Of a DNA stretch of 64,000 nucleotides, positions 11,931-24,664 are shown piece by piece. Made by a program: the position numbers and the translations under genes. Within the stretch, counting starts at the first letter, position 1; each line of letters starts with the position of its first letter. The notes under the pieces were generated by a model that saw nothing but the letters and a program-made list of their open reading frames with translations, ran no database searches and was not told the DNA's origin. Source of the DNA: Octopus sinensis (lineage: Eukaryota); the NCBI RefSeq assembly GCF_006345805.1, contig NC_042998.1:68572001-68636000 (forward strand). The letters are read 5' to 3'.

Positions 11931-11991
11931 CCTTATTTATATATAAAATACTCCAATTAACCGTCATTTTTGACGGCATAGGGCTAGCTAG
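11931..11991 (+). mobile_element. Candidate ~60-bp minimal Helitron
   Basis: Hairpin ccgtca-tttt-tgacgg, 11-nt spacer, CTAG|T. Upstream tttatatataaaa matches the 5' end of the Helitron at 50911. Confidence 0.5.
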
Positions 11992-12039
11992 TTATTAGTA
12001 AAAACCATCATCATCTTCATTATTATTAGTAAAAGTATA

Positions 12040-12250
12040 AGACAGTGAGCTAGCAGAGTCGGTAGCGCCCCAGCAAAAATGCCTTGCGGTATTTCGTCCA
12101 TTTCGACGTTCTGAGTTCAAGTTCCGCTGAGGTCGAGTTTGCCATTTCATCCCTTTCCAAGTCGATAAAACAAGTACCTGATGAACACTGTTGTCGACTT
12201 ACCCACTCCCACGAAATTGCCGGTCTTGAGCCAAAATTTTAAATCATTAT
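12040..12250 (+). mobile_element. SINE-A, diverged
   Basis: gagctagcagagtcggtagc...gttctgagttcaagttccgctgaggtcgag...gtcgataaaacaagtacc. Confidence 0.8.
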
Positions 12251-12384
12251 TTGCAGAAGTAGTCGTAGTATCATTAATATTATTGCTATTATTGCTAGTT
12301 AAGAACAATGATGATGATAATAATAATAATTATAAACCTATCATTGATACAAAAATATAAATAAAAAAAAAAGCAAAGAAGGCT

Positions 12385-13200
12385 TGCATGAATAAAATCG
12401 AAGACAGCAGGAAAGGTAAACTCCTGCATGGAAAATACCCTAACCGCCTGTCCAAGCCAGATATTTATCAAAGGCTAACACACCCATGGCTACAAGGGAC
12501 AGGTCTGAAAGGGGAAAAAGAAGGTTTTGTTATTGCAGCGCAACATCAGAGCTTGCCTACCAGAAACTACCATCTTTAAAGATGGATCTGGCCGCTCGTG
12601 CAGAATTTGCAGAAAATTCAGACATTTGATCATGTTGTTTCTAGCTACCAAGTTCTCGCTGAAAAGGGGTACCTCATAAGACATGTCAGGCTAGGGCAGT
12701 ACATCCACTGGAATGCTTGTAAATACTACAAAATTAAATCTCCTCTTTATCATTCCTAACGCACCAATTATTGCTGGTATTATCGTTTGTGATTTCTATT
12801 TGCAGATCTTTATAGTGAGAAACCTTTTCCTATTCCATTATTGAGACATTTTGATATTGTGGGACAGACATTTCTATTAACAGACAAGTTTCTCTGTTGT
12901 AGTCCTTGGTCACAATGTCCGGTCGATTGAGTCAATGTTTCTGTCTGTTTGTACTGGGAAGTTCCAAAAGATGTTGACGCCGTCGCCATTTACTACATCC
13001 TCTGAAAAAACCCTACCACATCCTTAGAAAAAAACCCTATCCATTTAAATATCTGTGTTGTATTACATGAAGATATTTCGCTACTGCCCTTGCCACTACC
13101 CACCCCAAACTTTCAGGTTATACTGGGACATCTCTTATCCTTCACTCGCCCTAGGACGCTGGGTGTGTCTTGGCATGTTATTATAACAAACATGCAGATT
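12385..13200 (+). mobile_element. R4/Dong-clade LINE 3' remnant with inverted middle segment
   Basis: Plus: LLHGKY..GLKGEKEGFVIAAQHQSLPTRNY..QYIHWNACKYY. Minus 13003-12742: EDVVNGDGVNIFWNFPVQTDR..CLLIEMSVP..IIGALGMIK. Plus 3'UTR ccctaggacgctgggtgtgtcttggc, then (TAA)n. Confidence 0.8.
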
Positions 13201-13201
13201 A

Positions 13202-13273
<72 letters not shown>

Positions 13274-13275
13274 TG

Positions 13276-13341
<66 letters not shown>

Positions 13342-13639
13342 GTGCTACTACTACTACTACTACTAATAATAATAATGATAATAATTCAAAAACAATTCAC
13401 TAAACTGCTCCCACGCCACTTGAATCAATAAATGAAATAAGTCAAGCAAATACAAATTCGTGTTGTAACAGTTTAAGAAGGCAATGAAGCTGTTTCTTAA
13501 AGAGCCAGATATAATTTCATCCGGAGCTTGATGTGGAAGATAAGGTGAACGGAGGAGGTAAAGTATTGGAAATGGATGGAGGTAATGAAATTCTGATTAA
13601 ATAATGTCGGAATAGCAACATAGCAGAGGCATCTTTTTG

Positions 13640-14060
13640 TTTTGTTTGTTTTTCATTTGACTTGTTTCCATCATTTTACTACTTCCATGCTGGAGTCTTT
13701 TGCCGAACCACTAAGTTACGGAAACGAATATAAACATCAATTGTGCATCTTCTATCCTTTATTTGTTTCAGTCATTAGACTGCGGCCATGCAGGGGCACC
13801 GCCTTAAAGAATTTTTATCGAATGAATCAACCCAAGTAATTTTTAAAGCCAAGTACCTAATTTGTCGGTCATTTTCCCCGAACCGTTAGGTTACAAGGAC
13901 GTAAACACACCAACACCGGTTTTAAATGGAGGTGGGTGACAAGCACAGATACAAACAGACACACACACATATGTATGCATTCATGTGTGTGTATGTGTGT
14001 CTGTGTGTGTACGACAGGCTTCTTTCAGTTTCCGTCTACCAAATCCACTTACAAGGTTTT
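13640..14060 (-). mobile_element. SINE-B fragments
   Basis: Two partial 3' halves (cagtcattagactgcggccatg) and gacaggcttctttcagtttccgtctacc. Confidence 0.8.
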
Positions 14061-14631
14061 TCGACTGAGAACGAATCAAATTGAGCTGGCATGTATGAAG
14101 TGAAAGCCTAAAGGAAGGAATATAGGAGATGGACATAAGAGGTGTTGGCGGTCGATAGTCAGGCCAAGAAAGAAAGATCATGGCTGACCGGACACCGGTC
14201 ACGTGGAAGGAGGAGAGAGGGTAGGGGCAGCGGGATTGAAGGACACTTGTTACATTCTTGTTGTTTGTATTTGTAATTGTGTACCATGTTCTCCGTTTTT
14301 TTTTTGTTTTTGTTGCCATGCACATTCGCTAGTTTTCTTACAAAAAAATCTTATGCTTTAGCTTTGACTTTTTTGGGGGCAACCAGATCGAACTGTCTCA
14401 AATGTAACTACCCGAAACAGTAAGGACTTCTGGTAACTCGACTGAAGAAAGAAGTCCACGAATACCCGTCTTTTTTCCCCTGCCCTTCTAATTGTTGTTT
14501 CTCCTTCTGCCTTTGTATCATCTATCTGTCCGAATGTTTTATTGTCTCCTATTGCGTTTTTGTTCCATTACATATATATATGTATGTATATATATACATA
14601 TGTATATATATATATTATATATATATATATA

Positions 14632-14689
<58 letters not shown>

Positions 14690-15323
14690 ATATATATATA
14701 ATATATATATATATATTTATATATATCGGTTTTGGATTTTGTTTGCAAGATTTTTTATGTGAGTTCGTGCGTTGCAAGACGCAACGAAAATTTTGGGAGA
14801 AATAAATAAGTAAATGAGTGGAAACTTTAACGGTATGTTAAATAATAAGGCACTAAAAGAGAATGACTCTCCTCAAACACAACAATACACACACACACAG
14901 AGTAAGTGGAGGGATATAATATCCATGCAAATACCGAATTTCTCTGAGTAAAATGCCAAGGCTGATTTCTTCAGATGGTGCATGTTTTGGTAAACTTCCT
15001 TTAGCTCTCATCTGATGTTACTTCTTGACTTTATTTCTTTATTTGTTTATTTCTTGACTTCGACTTCTTAGAGTGTAAAGTACATATCGATAAATAAAGA
15101 GAATGAAGAATTTGAACATTCAAACTTTATGTTTATTTCCAGTTAGTTTATTCATAATATTTGTCTGACACATATTTCGATCGCACTAACTGCATATTGT
15201 TGCATAGTTATACGCAGCGATTTATGCATTGTTAGTACAATCTCTTCAGAGCATATAAGTATGACATTGTTCGAAGAGGAATTTCCCTCCGCTATTAGTT
15301 TGAATTAGGCTTGCTAGTAGTAG

Positions 15324-15360
<37 letters not shown>

Positions 15361-15821
15361 AGTAAACCATAACATTCTTCCATGAGATGTTTTTCTCAAC
15401 TGATTGTATGGGTAAAATTCAGCAGCAGTAGTGATTATTTATAGAATACTTATTTTTGATTGATTCTACATACTTTATAGTCACACGGCGCGTATCGTAT
15501 ATGTAAATATATATATATATATATACTTATTTTTTAAGTTCTATTTTTCCTGTTTGCATCACCAAACCTGTAATTATATATTGTCAGTCGTTCATATACC
15601 CGAAACAGAAATACATTGTGCATTTTTTAGGAAGTTGAAAGTTATGACCAGTCAGAGAGGGACCATTGGTTTCGCATTTATAAAGCGCTTAGCAGTACAA
15701 GCAACACGTCAGGCTCAAATGGTTTCGACGTGCAGTGTGTGTGTGTGTGTGTGTGTTAAATAAGATGAGACAACAAATCCAAGGCCGTGTGGAATTTTCA
15801 GGATATTTATAAAGAGAAAGT

Positions 15822-15873
15822 TAGTCTTACAGCTGTTTCTGAGATATTAGGGATATCCCTTCATCAGAGACTA
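15822..15873 (-). ncRNA. Minimal type-I hammerhead-like ribozyme
   Basis: tagtct-CTGATGA-a-gggatat-cccta-atatctc-a-GAAA-cagctg-TA-agacta: 6-bp stem I, 7-bp stem II, palindromic ACAGCTGT helix III. Confidence 0.65.
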
Positions 15874-16005
15874 TGTGGGATGGTTAATATTTTTTTAAAT
15901 TTCTACATTCATTCTTCTATTTCCTTATATACTCCTTATTTGCTTCCCTTTCCAAAATAACTCCTCATATTGAACTATAAAATTCTCTCTATTTAACCAT
16001 GTCAC

Positions 16006-16055
16006 AGTCTCTGATGAAGGGATATCCCCAATATCTCAGAAACAGCTGTAAGACT
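16006..16055 (+). ncRNA. Minimal type-I hammerhead-like ribozyme
   Basis: agtct-CTGATGA-a-gggatat-cccca-atatctc-a-GAAA-cagctg-TA-agact; predicted cleavage after 16050. Confidence 0.65.
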
Positions 16056-16257
16056 AACTTTATCTTTATTAATGTCCTGTAAAATCCACACAACCTTGGC
16101 TTTGTTGTCTCATTTTATTTAACATGTACATGCTCATACAAAACCGGCATTAAACTCCTCACTAACATTATCGAAACGAGAGTTTAACTACGGTCCTTCC
16201 ATAGAACTCACATAGGGTTACCTGCCACCTTGGGTCTTCTGGATACCAATACCTCTC

Positions 16258-16288
<31 letters not shown>

Positions 16289-16499
16289 TATATATATATA
16301 TACACACACATACATATATTGATAAAAATGAAAAGACAGCAGAAGAATGAAAGAGACCTCGATATTATGTAAATAGAGGAATTTATCTGTATTTTCCCGA
16401 TGGCCGGATAACTGAAGAGATGGCGGCGTAGATTTCTACCTCGGCATCCGAAACTCAGAGTTTTATCATGGCTACCGAATAATTGTCCCATATTACATT

Positions 16500-16569
<70 letters not shown>

Positions 16570-17257
16570 AAGTACGTATGTGTATGTATGTATGTATGTA
16601 TGTATGTATGTATGTATGTATGTATGTATGTATGTGTATATGTATGTATGCATGTATATATGTATAACACCGATTTCAGTATAAATCATTCTTAATTCTT
16701 TTTTAATGAAGGCTGATTTCCTATACTTACTCTGGCATACAAAATTACTCACATACATGAGAGTATACAAAAAACACGTACACACTAAAATTGCACACAC
16801 AAGCTCACACCATCCCCATACACAGAGACTCGCTATATACGCCGTGCACACAGAAAATACAAGATGTAATTGTTTAGTTCGCTTCAATTTCTTGTAGAAA
16901 GTAGATTTACTTGTCAAGAGCTCACTGTTGTTTAATTATTTCCTGTATGAAGAGAGCATAATCAAGTGGAGATAATTAATACAACCGTACAGCATTGCAG
17001 GCAGGTTTATTGTGTTTTTCAAAATTTTTTTATTTCACTATTATTTTAATCATTTTATTTTTTATTTAACTATCTTTTTTTCTTTTTCTTGTTTCTTTTT
17101 TTTTTTTATTTTAGGTGTCAACTTCGAAAAGTGTAAATGACTTTCCAAGATTAATTAGGTTAGGTTATTGTTCAATGCATATTTCGATGGTTGGAAGGAT
17201 GGGCGGATGGATGGATGCATGCATCAAGCTTGCTAGGAACCTGCCTGTCTGTTTGAC

Positions 17258-17344
<87 letters not shown>

Positions 17345-18124
17345 CTACTATCTATCTATCACTCTGTCTATTTCTCTCTCTCTCTCTCTCTCCACACACA
17401 CACACACATATATATATACATCCATACATTTCTCAAGAAAGGAATGGATAAGGAACGCAGATATATCTCAGGAGGGTCATTATACCAATAATAAACACAC
17501 GCTTTGGTTTTATTTCATTTCTTTTTCTGCTTATTTTTCGATTGGTAACTATCTAACCAATTAACTAATCGACTGTTTGATTAACTAACCGTTCGATCAA
17601 TCAGTCAATCAATTAGGCTTGTCTAAGTTATTTCGTTGCCCTCAGTATCTCGTCAATAACATGTCTCTCTACTCCGGCTGAGTTTGAAATCTGTTTGGCG
17701 GCGGCTGGGATGGCGGCGGCGGCGGAGATAGCGATGGGCATGGCGGCGGGAATAGCGGTGGTGATGGCGGCAGTGGTGGGGATGGTGCTGACGGTGGCAG
17801 CCAAGACAGTGATACACATGGCAGTCACTAGTTCAATCCTCGCTGGGTTTGGCTGATCCTTTGACACCCCCCAAGGTCGAGCAGATACACTAATGTATCG
17901 AAGTACTATATGTTGATTTCTTTATTTTTTTTAAATGGGAGCGTTTATGCGATCATCCAGTCTGCTAGAAATAGCAACCAAATCTCCCTCGGATTACAAA
18001 CTATCGTCTTAAAAACAAGAAGAACTCATTGAATGACGTAATCCATAGTAGACTGTGAGACGGGATGCTCATAGATCTACTGAATAAAAGCCAACAAACT
18101 CGTTTTGCAACTACGAGGTTTCTT

Positions 18125-18234
18125 GTTCAATCGCATTGCATGGCATCTTGGGCAAGTGTCTTCTCCCATTAGCCCCGGGACGACCAACACTATGTGAACG
18201 AATAGGGCCGACGGAAATTGTGTGGAATCTTGCC

Positions 18235-18266
<32 letters not shown>

Positions 18267-18775
18267 TCTTTACTCTCTTTTACTTGTTTCAGTCATTTGA
18301 CTGTGGCCATGCTGGAGCACCGCCTTTAGTCGAGCAAATCGACCCCGGGACTTATTCTTTGTAAGCCCAGTACTTATTCTATCGGTCTCTTTTTGCCGAA
18401 CCGCTAAGTGATGGGGACGTAAACACACCAGCATCGGTTGTCAAGCAATGTTAGTCAAACACCGACACACAAACACACAGAAGACACTTGCCCAAGATGC
18501 CACACAGTGGGACTGAACCCGGAACCATATGGTTGGTTAGCAAGCTACTTACCACACAGCCACTCCTGCGCCTATATATATATATATATATAATATATAT
18601 ACATATATATATATATTGTGTGTGTGTGTATGTGTGTTTGTGTTTGTACTCCACCACCGCTTGACAACCGGCGTTGTTTTGTTTATAGCCCCGTAACTTA
18701 ACGGATCAGCAAACGGGAACGAAGGTGGTGCTCCAGAATGGCCGCAGCCCAGTGACTGAAATACGCCAAAGATGA
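18125..18775. mobile_element. Cluster of three SINE-B pieces (+ head fragment, - near-complete, + 3' half)
   Basis: cttgggcaagtgtcttc at ~18147; minus copy 18265-18573; plus 3' half 18620-18775. Confidence 0.85.
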
Positions 18776-19135
18776 AAGACAACAACACCAATAACGATAT
18801 GGAGGAGTTTAATCGCTTTTAACATAGGTACAAGAGCAGAAATTTCAGGGGGGATGCAGTCGATTAAATAGACCCCAATAGTCAACTGGTACCTAATTCT
18901 ATTGACACCAGAAAGATAAAAGACCAAAGTGCTCTCAGCAGGATTTGAAGACAGAATGCAGAGAGCCGGAACGATTACTGCAAAGCATTCTATGCGACGT
19001 TCAAATGCAGAGGGTCTCAACCTTTTTAATATACGGGTCAGATTCAAAACCTGGACTTTGTAAGGAAACGCACACACACACACACAAAAAGGCGAAACAA
19101 ATCATTTAAAGAAAACTGTATTATATTCATAGAAG

Positions 19136-19353
19136 AAGGCGGCGAGCTGGCAGAATCGTTAGCGCACCGGACGAAATGCTAAGCGATATTTCTTCCGTTG
19201 CTACGTTCTGAGTTCATGTTTCGCCGAGGTCGACCTTGCCTTTCATCTTTTCGAGATCGATAAATTAAGTACCAGTTGAGTACTGGGGTTGATGTGATCA
19301 ACTGGCCCTCTCTTCACAAAATTCAGGCCTTGTGCCTATAGTTGAAAGGATTG
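19136..19353 (+). mobile_element. SINE-A full length with 12-bp TSD
   Basis: aaggcggcgagctggcagaatcg...gccttgtgcctatagttgaaagga; tattcatagaag at 19124-19135 and 19354-19365. Confidence 0.93.
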
Positions 19354-19805
19354 TATTCATAGAAGGAAGACCTTCAAGGGCCCCCGGAAGGCTGTTTCAA
19401 GGCAGCATGTAGCTGCACCAAAAAAAAGAAGAAGTAAAACATAAGTCAATTAAAGAAAACTTTATTATATTCATAGAGAGGAAATCCGTCGGTGGCACGG
19501 AAGGATACTTCAAAGGCTACGTGCGGTTGCCTATTTATAATTGGTTTCTCATATTTGACACAAGAGGAAGGTGTCTTCAGCTTTTACGGAACCCTCCTTG
19601 TTACAAGCATTCAGGCCAGGTCTCAGTTTCAGGGTGCCCTCCACTCCCTGTCTCTCGATCCAAGCCAATCTTGGGGGATTTGAGGGAGACTTGGGTTGTG
19701 ATTGAGCCGAGTTACGATCAAAGAATTGTAGGAGTGTGGCTGTGTGCTCAGTCACATTCCTCGGGCAGAGAAATAACGAAAATCTATAAGAAGCTTAATG
19801 CCTGG

Positions 19806-20348
19806 TGATGAAGACGATGACGACGAAGACGAAGAAGAAGAAGAAGAAGAAGAAGAAGAAGAAGAAGAAGAAGAAGAAGAAGAAGGGAAGGAGTAGAAGT
19901 AGAAGAAGTAGTAGTAGTAGTAGAAGAAGAAGAAGAAGAAGAAGAAGAAGAAGAGGGGAAGGAGGAGGAGAAGAAGAAGAAGAAGAAGAAGAAGAAGAAG
20001 AAGAAGAAGATGGGAAGGAGAAGAAGAGGGGAAGGAGAATAATAATCATATAATAAGAAGAAGAATAAGAAGAAGAAGGAGAAGAAGAAAAGAATGGGAG
20101 GAGGAAGAAGAAGGGGATGAGGAGGAGAAGAAGGAGGAGAAGGGGAGGAGAAGGAGAAGGGGAGAAAGAAGAAGAAGAAGAAGAAGAAGGAGAGGAGGAG
20201 GAGGAGGAAGAGGAAGAAGAAGAAGGAGAGGAAGAAGAAGAAGAAAAAGAAGAAGGAGAGCAACAACAACCACAACAACAACCACAACAACAACCACAAC
20301 AACAACCACAACAACAACCACAACAACAACCACAACAGCAACAGCAGC
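19806..20348. repeat. (GAA)/(GAG)/(GTA)/(CAA) compound microsatellite
   Basis: Directly visible. Confidence 0.98.
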
Positions 20349-20848
20349 AACTGTTTTGTCGCTGAGAGGAAACAAGTGGTAGAGTAGCTAGAAGCTGACG
20401 AGTGTCTTTCTCGTTGCAAAGCAAACCGCCAAACCGCCATTGATTGTTTGCAAGAGAAAGGCGAACACGCAATGCTGAGTATTCTTGTTGTTCTCCTAAC
20501 AACGACGGCAACGTGTTCAGTTAGATGTACTATAACAGGTTTGCTGTACATGCACGTGTGCATGTGTGCATCTGTGCATTCATATGTGCATCTGCTATAG
20601 TTTATGGTAGCAGATGAACACAGTGAAGTGATCAGCAGCAGCAGCAGCAGCAGCAGCAGCGGCAACAATTTACGGAACTTTCCGGAAAGAAGATCGTCAT
20701 TTCCCGTAAACCGAAGCCGAACGTTGTTGATTGTGAGGCTGCTAAGATGTGGTGGGTGGTGGTGGCGGTGGCGGTGGCGGCGGTGGTGGTGGTGGTTGAA
20801 GGGGGTGATTTGAGCGTTTTGTGATTGGAGTGTGGGTGGTAGTGATGA

Positions 20849-20882
<34 letters not shown>

Positions 20883-20970
20883 GGTGGTGATGATGGTAGT
20901 GGTGGTGGTGGTGGTGGTGGTGGTTGAAGGGGGTGATTTGAGCGTTTTGTGATTGGAGTGTGGGTGGTAG

Positions 20971-21005
<35 letters not shown>

Positions 21006-21671
21006 GTGGGTGGTGTGGTGGTGGTGGTGTGGTGGTAATGGTGATGTTAACAGTGTTGACGTCGATGGTTGGTGGTGGCAGTGGTGGTGGTGGTGGTTGT
21101 GAGGAGGGCGGGGCGGGGGAACAGTAAAAAGATCGATATTTTCTCTGGCAAATCAGTAGAACGAGATGCAGCATCAGTTAACGAACACACACACACACAC
21201 ATGACGTAGCTTATACCGCCGCCATCAACGCCAGCACCTTTAACGTTTATTCACCACCACCACCACCACCACCACCGCCGCCGCCACCACCACCACGGTC
21301 TTCATCATCATCACCATCATCGTCGTGGTCGTAAACAGCTGGCTACTGTTAAAACCAATAAGCAACAATGTAATTTTGCGAAAAGGTAGACTCAAAACAG
21401 GCGGATTTACTTGAATATACCATTAGCTTAAGCTGCCGGGTGGGATAATAAAGATAACGATTATAATGATGATAACGACCATGATGATAATGACGACGGT
21501 GATGATGATGACGATGATAACGATAATGATGATGAGCCAGTGACATTTAAGGTTCACGGTCTCTCGTCACATTTATATCTCACATCTGTTGGTCTCGCCT
21601 TCGTAGTTCAGTTGTGTGTGTGTTTTTTCTCTTCCTTCGCTGGCCGCTTTCTATCTATATGTTGTTGGCCA

Positions 21672-21881
21672 GGTCAATGCTTTTATCCACGAGCTACAAT
21701 TTACAAATGATTGATATTACATGGAGAGCAACAAGGAAGAGATAGAGCCGACATTTCTTAATCGTTTTTTCAATTCCGGAACAGCGAATAAAATGACAGA
21801 AAAACTAGTAAAATTTTCGCTCAGCGATCTACAAAAGGACAAACTCTGGCCTCATTTCACCTCAGCTGGACGGATCATGGG
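21672..21881 (+). other. Candidate exon (5'UTR plus start?) of an unidentified gene
   Basis: Pyrimidine tract and ccag| at 21671; ATG at 21793 opens MTEKLVKFSLSDLQKDKLWPHFTSAGRIMG; consensus donor GG|GTAAGT at 21881/21882. No partner exon identified. Confidence 0.22.
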
Positions 21882-22046
21882 GTAAGTCGGTCTTTGTTTC
21901 GCTTTTATAATTCACAACTGGACCTTCAACTTATACATGGGGGAAGGTGCATACACACACACACACTCACACATGCGTGTGTTCGTTTGTGTGTATGTGT
22001 GTGTATGTATGTGTATATATATATATATATATACACACACGCACAT

Positions 22047-22077
<31 letters not shown>

Positions 22078-22378
22078 AATGTGTGTGTATATATATATGT
22101 GTGTGTGTGGTGTGTGTATGTATGTCTGTATATGTATATATGTAAAAGTTGCTTAGAGAATAAGTTTACCTCGTAAAGAGATGGTTGCATCGAAGTAAAT
22201 TCTGGTTTTATAGCTAGTACTTTTGGGAAATGACATTTCTTGCTATCAATAGGTGTATATTAAGAATAAACTTCATTTTTAACTAAATGAAGGAAAGAAA
22301 ATGGAGAGTTAAAATAATAATAATTACTTATTATATATATGTATTTCTTTCTTTTTTTCATGTGATCTCTCTCTCTCC

Positions 22379-22432
<54 letters not shown>

Positions 22433-22643
22433 ATGATATAAATACACACACACGCCTTGATACCACCCACACACGTGCATGAGAGTATGTGTATGAATAT
22501 ATGCACATATATGTATATATATATATTTGTATGTGTAAATGTGGGTGGGTATGTATACGTATACACACACACACACACTTATATCCACGGCAACTCCTGA
22601 CATGCGCCCAAATTTAAAAATCACAAACTCAATTGGAGCAAGG

Positions 22644-22742
<99 letters not shown>

Positions 22743-22791
22743 TACACATACATAGACACAACACACATACATAATATATATGTATGTATGG

Positions 22792-22858
<67 letters not shown>

Positions 22859-24167
22859 CACCCTCTTTGCAGTTGTGATTAACAATAATTGAAAATCTAA
22901 AAACGAAATCTGATTTGCTATTTGCTGTCATTTGTTATTGTAAAGCGTGCATGTCAAGAATGGATGCAGGAAACACTTGTATATATATATGTGTATATGC
23001 ATGCTATGTGCGTGTGTATATACATGTACGTGTGTGAGTGTGTGTGCACATATACATATATATACATACATAAATATATATATATTATATATATATATAT
23101 ATATAATATATATATATATAATATATAAGTATATATGTGTGTATGCATATATTATGTTGGTATGACTGCGGTGTCTGTGTTTATATATGTATGTATGTAT
23201 GTATGCATGTATACTTGTATGTATGCATGTATGCTTGTATTTATATATGTATACATTATTTGTATACGTTTCTATGTCTGTCTATATGTGCATGCATGTA
23301 TATGTATATGTATATGTACGGATAGTTGGCTGGATTCACGTATGTATATATGTATATATGCATCATGTATGTTTTATATGTGAATGTCTTGTGTGTATAT
23401 TTGTTCATACACGCGGAGTGACTCACAAACGTATCTATATACATATTCAATCGATTGAATCCTTCAAGACAAACACTTATGCACTTGTTATACATACAGT
23501 AGTAAATGTTCGGAACATATACCACAATATATATATACACACACACATACAAACACATACAAACGACCTTCTCTTTTTCTTTCTCTTTCATTCTCATACA
23601 AGCGCGTGCACCCGTGCACATACCCGCCTACATACATTCATATACACACTCAAATACGTGCGTGCACACAAGCTGACAAAAAGGAATTAGAGCCACACTG
23701 GAAGCCGCTTATTGCGATCACTTCAGGATGAAGCCTTTTCGATAACAGTAACCGATTAATAGCATTAATCAAATATAGAGTGCAGGATCCACTGATTTTG
23801 ATAACAATAACCGGCCGGTAGCATTACCCCGTGATTATAATAAGCGGCTTCCGCTGTATGATGGACTCGTGCACTTTGGTGCAGGAAATACTTTATACAC
23901 ATAGAAACACACAAACACGCACACACATGAATAAACGCTTACATACAGGCAGTCAGGCAGACAGACAGACGTGCCCTTATAATTCTCTGCCTGATGAAAG
24001 ATGTAACCCGTGAAACTCTGAGTGATGTTGATGGCACCAGCCGTGTAAATGAGAAGATCATACTCTACACCTATTGAGAACTTTGCCTCTCGTCTGTCGA
24101 GCTTAAAATATATACACACACTGTGTATATGTATATGTGTGGTGTGTGTGTGTGTGGTGATTTATGA

Positions 24168-24207
<40 letters not shown>

Positions 24208-24223
24208 CGTGTTGTGTGTGTAT

Positions 24224-24270
<47 letters not shown>

Positions 24271-24292
24271 CATATACAACATGTATACATAG

Positions 24293-24338
<46 letters not shown>

Positions 24339-24625
24339 TGTGAGACTGGCCAGATTTTCCAGCTTGCTCGATGGCAAGTGGGCCGCTGCACGATTAGAAT
24401 CTTTATATGGGGACACATGTTAGTATCTAAGGGGTCCATCCTCTCAAGTTTGAGGATTTTTTAAATTCACTCTTGGAAGAATGTATTAATTATTTCATCC
24501 TGGCTGTGATTGCAGGCAGTTGAAAAGAATACTTTTAACAAAAATATTAAATGATAGCATTGTAGTTGCGGCTGGGCCCCCTTAGTCTCCTGGCAACCAA
24601 TATTTTTAGATCCAGTCCGCTACTG

Positions 24626-24664
<39 letters not shown>

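Larger units (their letters stand above)
15754..16124. repeat. ~135-bp inverted repeat (Penelope-type terminal repeat), ~105-bp spacer
   Basis: 15754-15887 is the reverse complement of 15993-16124 with scattered mismatches. Confidence 0.92.

Noticed and set aside
14380-14560. ctgaagaaag…acgaatac, possible Penelope terminal repeat or ribozyme
   Set aside because: Too degenerate to fold; lacks GAAA.
17115-17158. Possible micro-exon after a poly-T tract (tttag|gtgtc)
   Set aside because: The acceptor looks plausible but the donor is weak and the peptide uninformative.
17628-17867. Gly/Ala-rich ORF-like stretch
   Set aside because: A GGC/GGT low-complexity repeat; no convincing splice sites or recognisable domain in any frame.
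23988-24025. CTGATGA…GAAA hammerhead-like string
   Set aside because: No stem II or stem I pairing, and G at the cleavage position.
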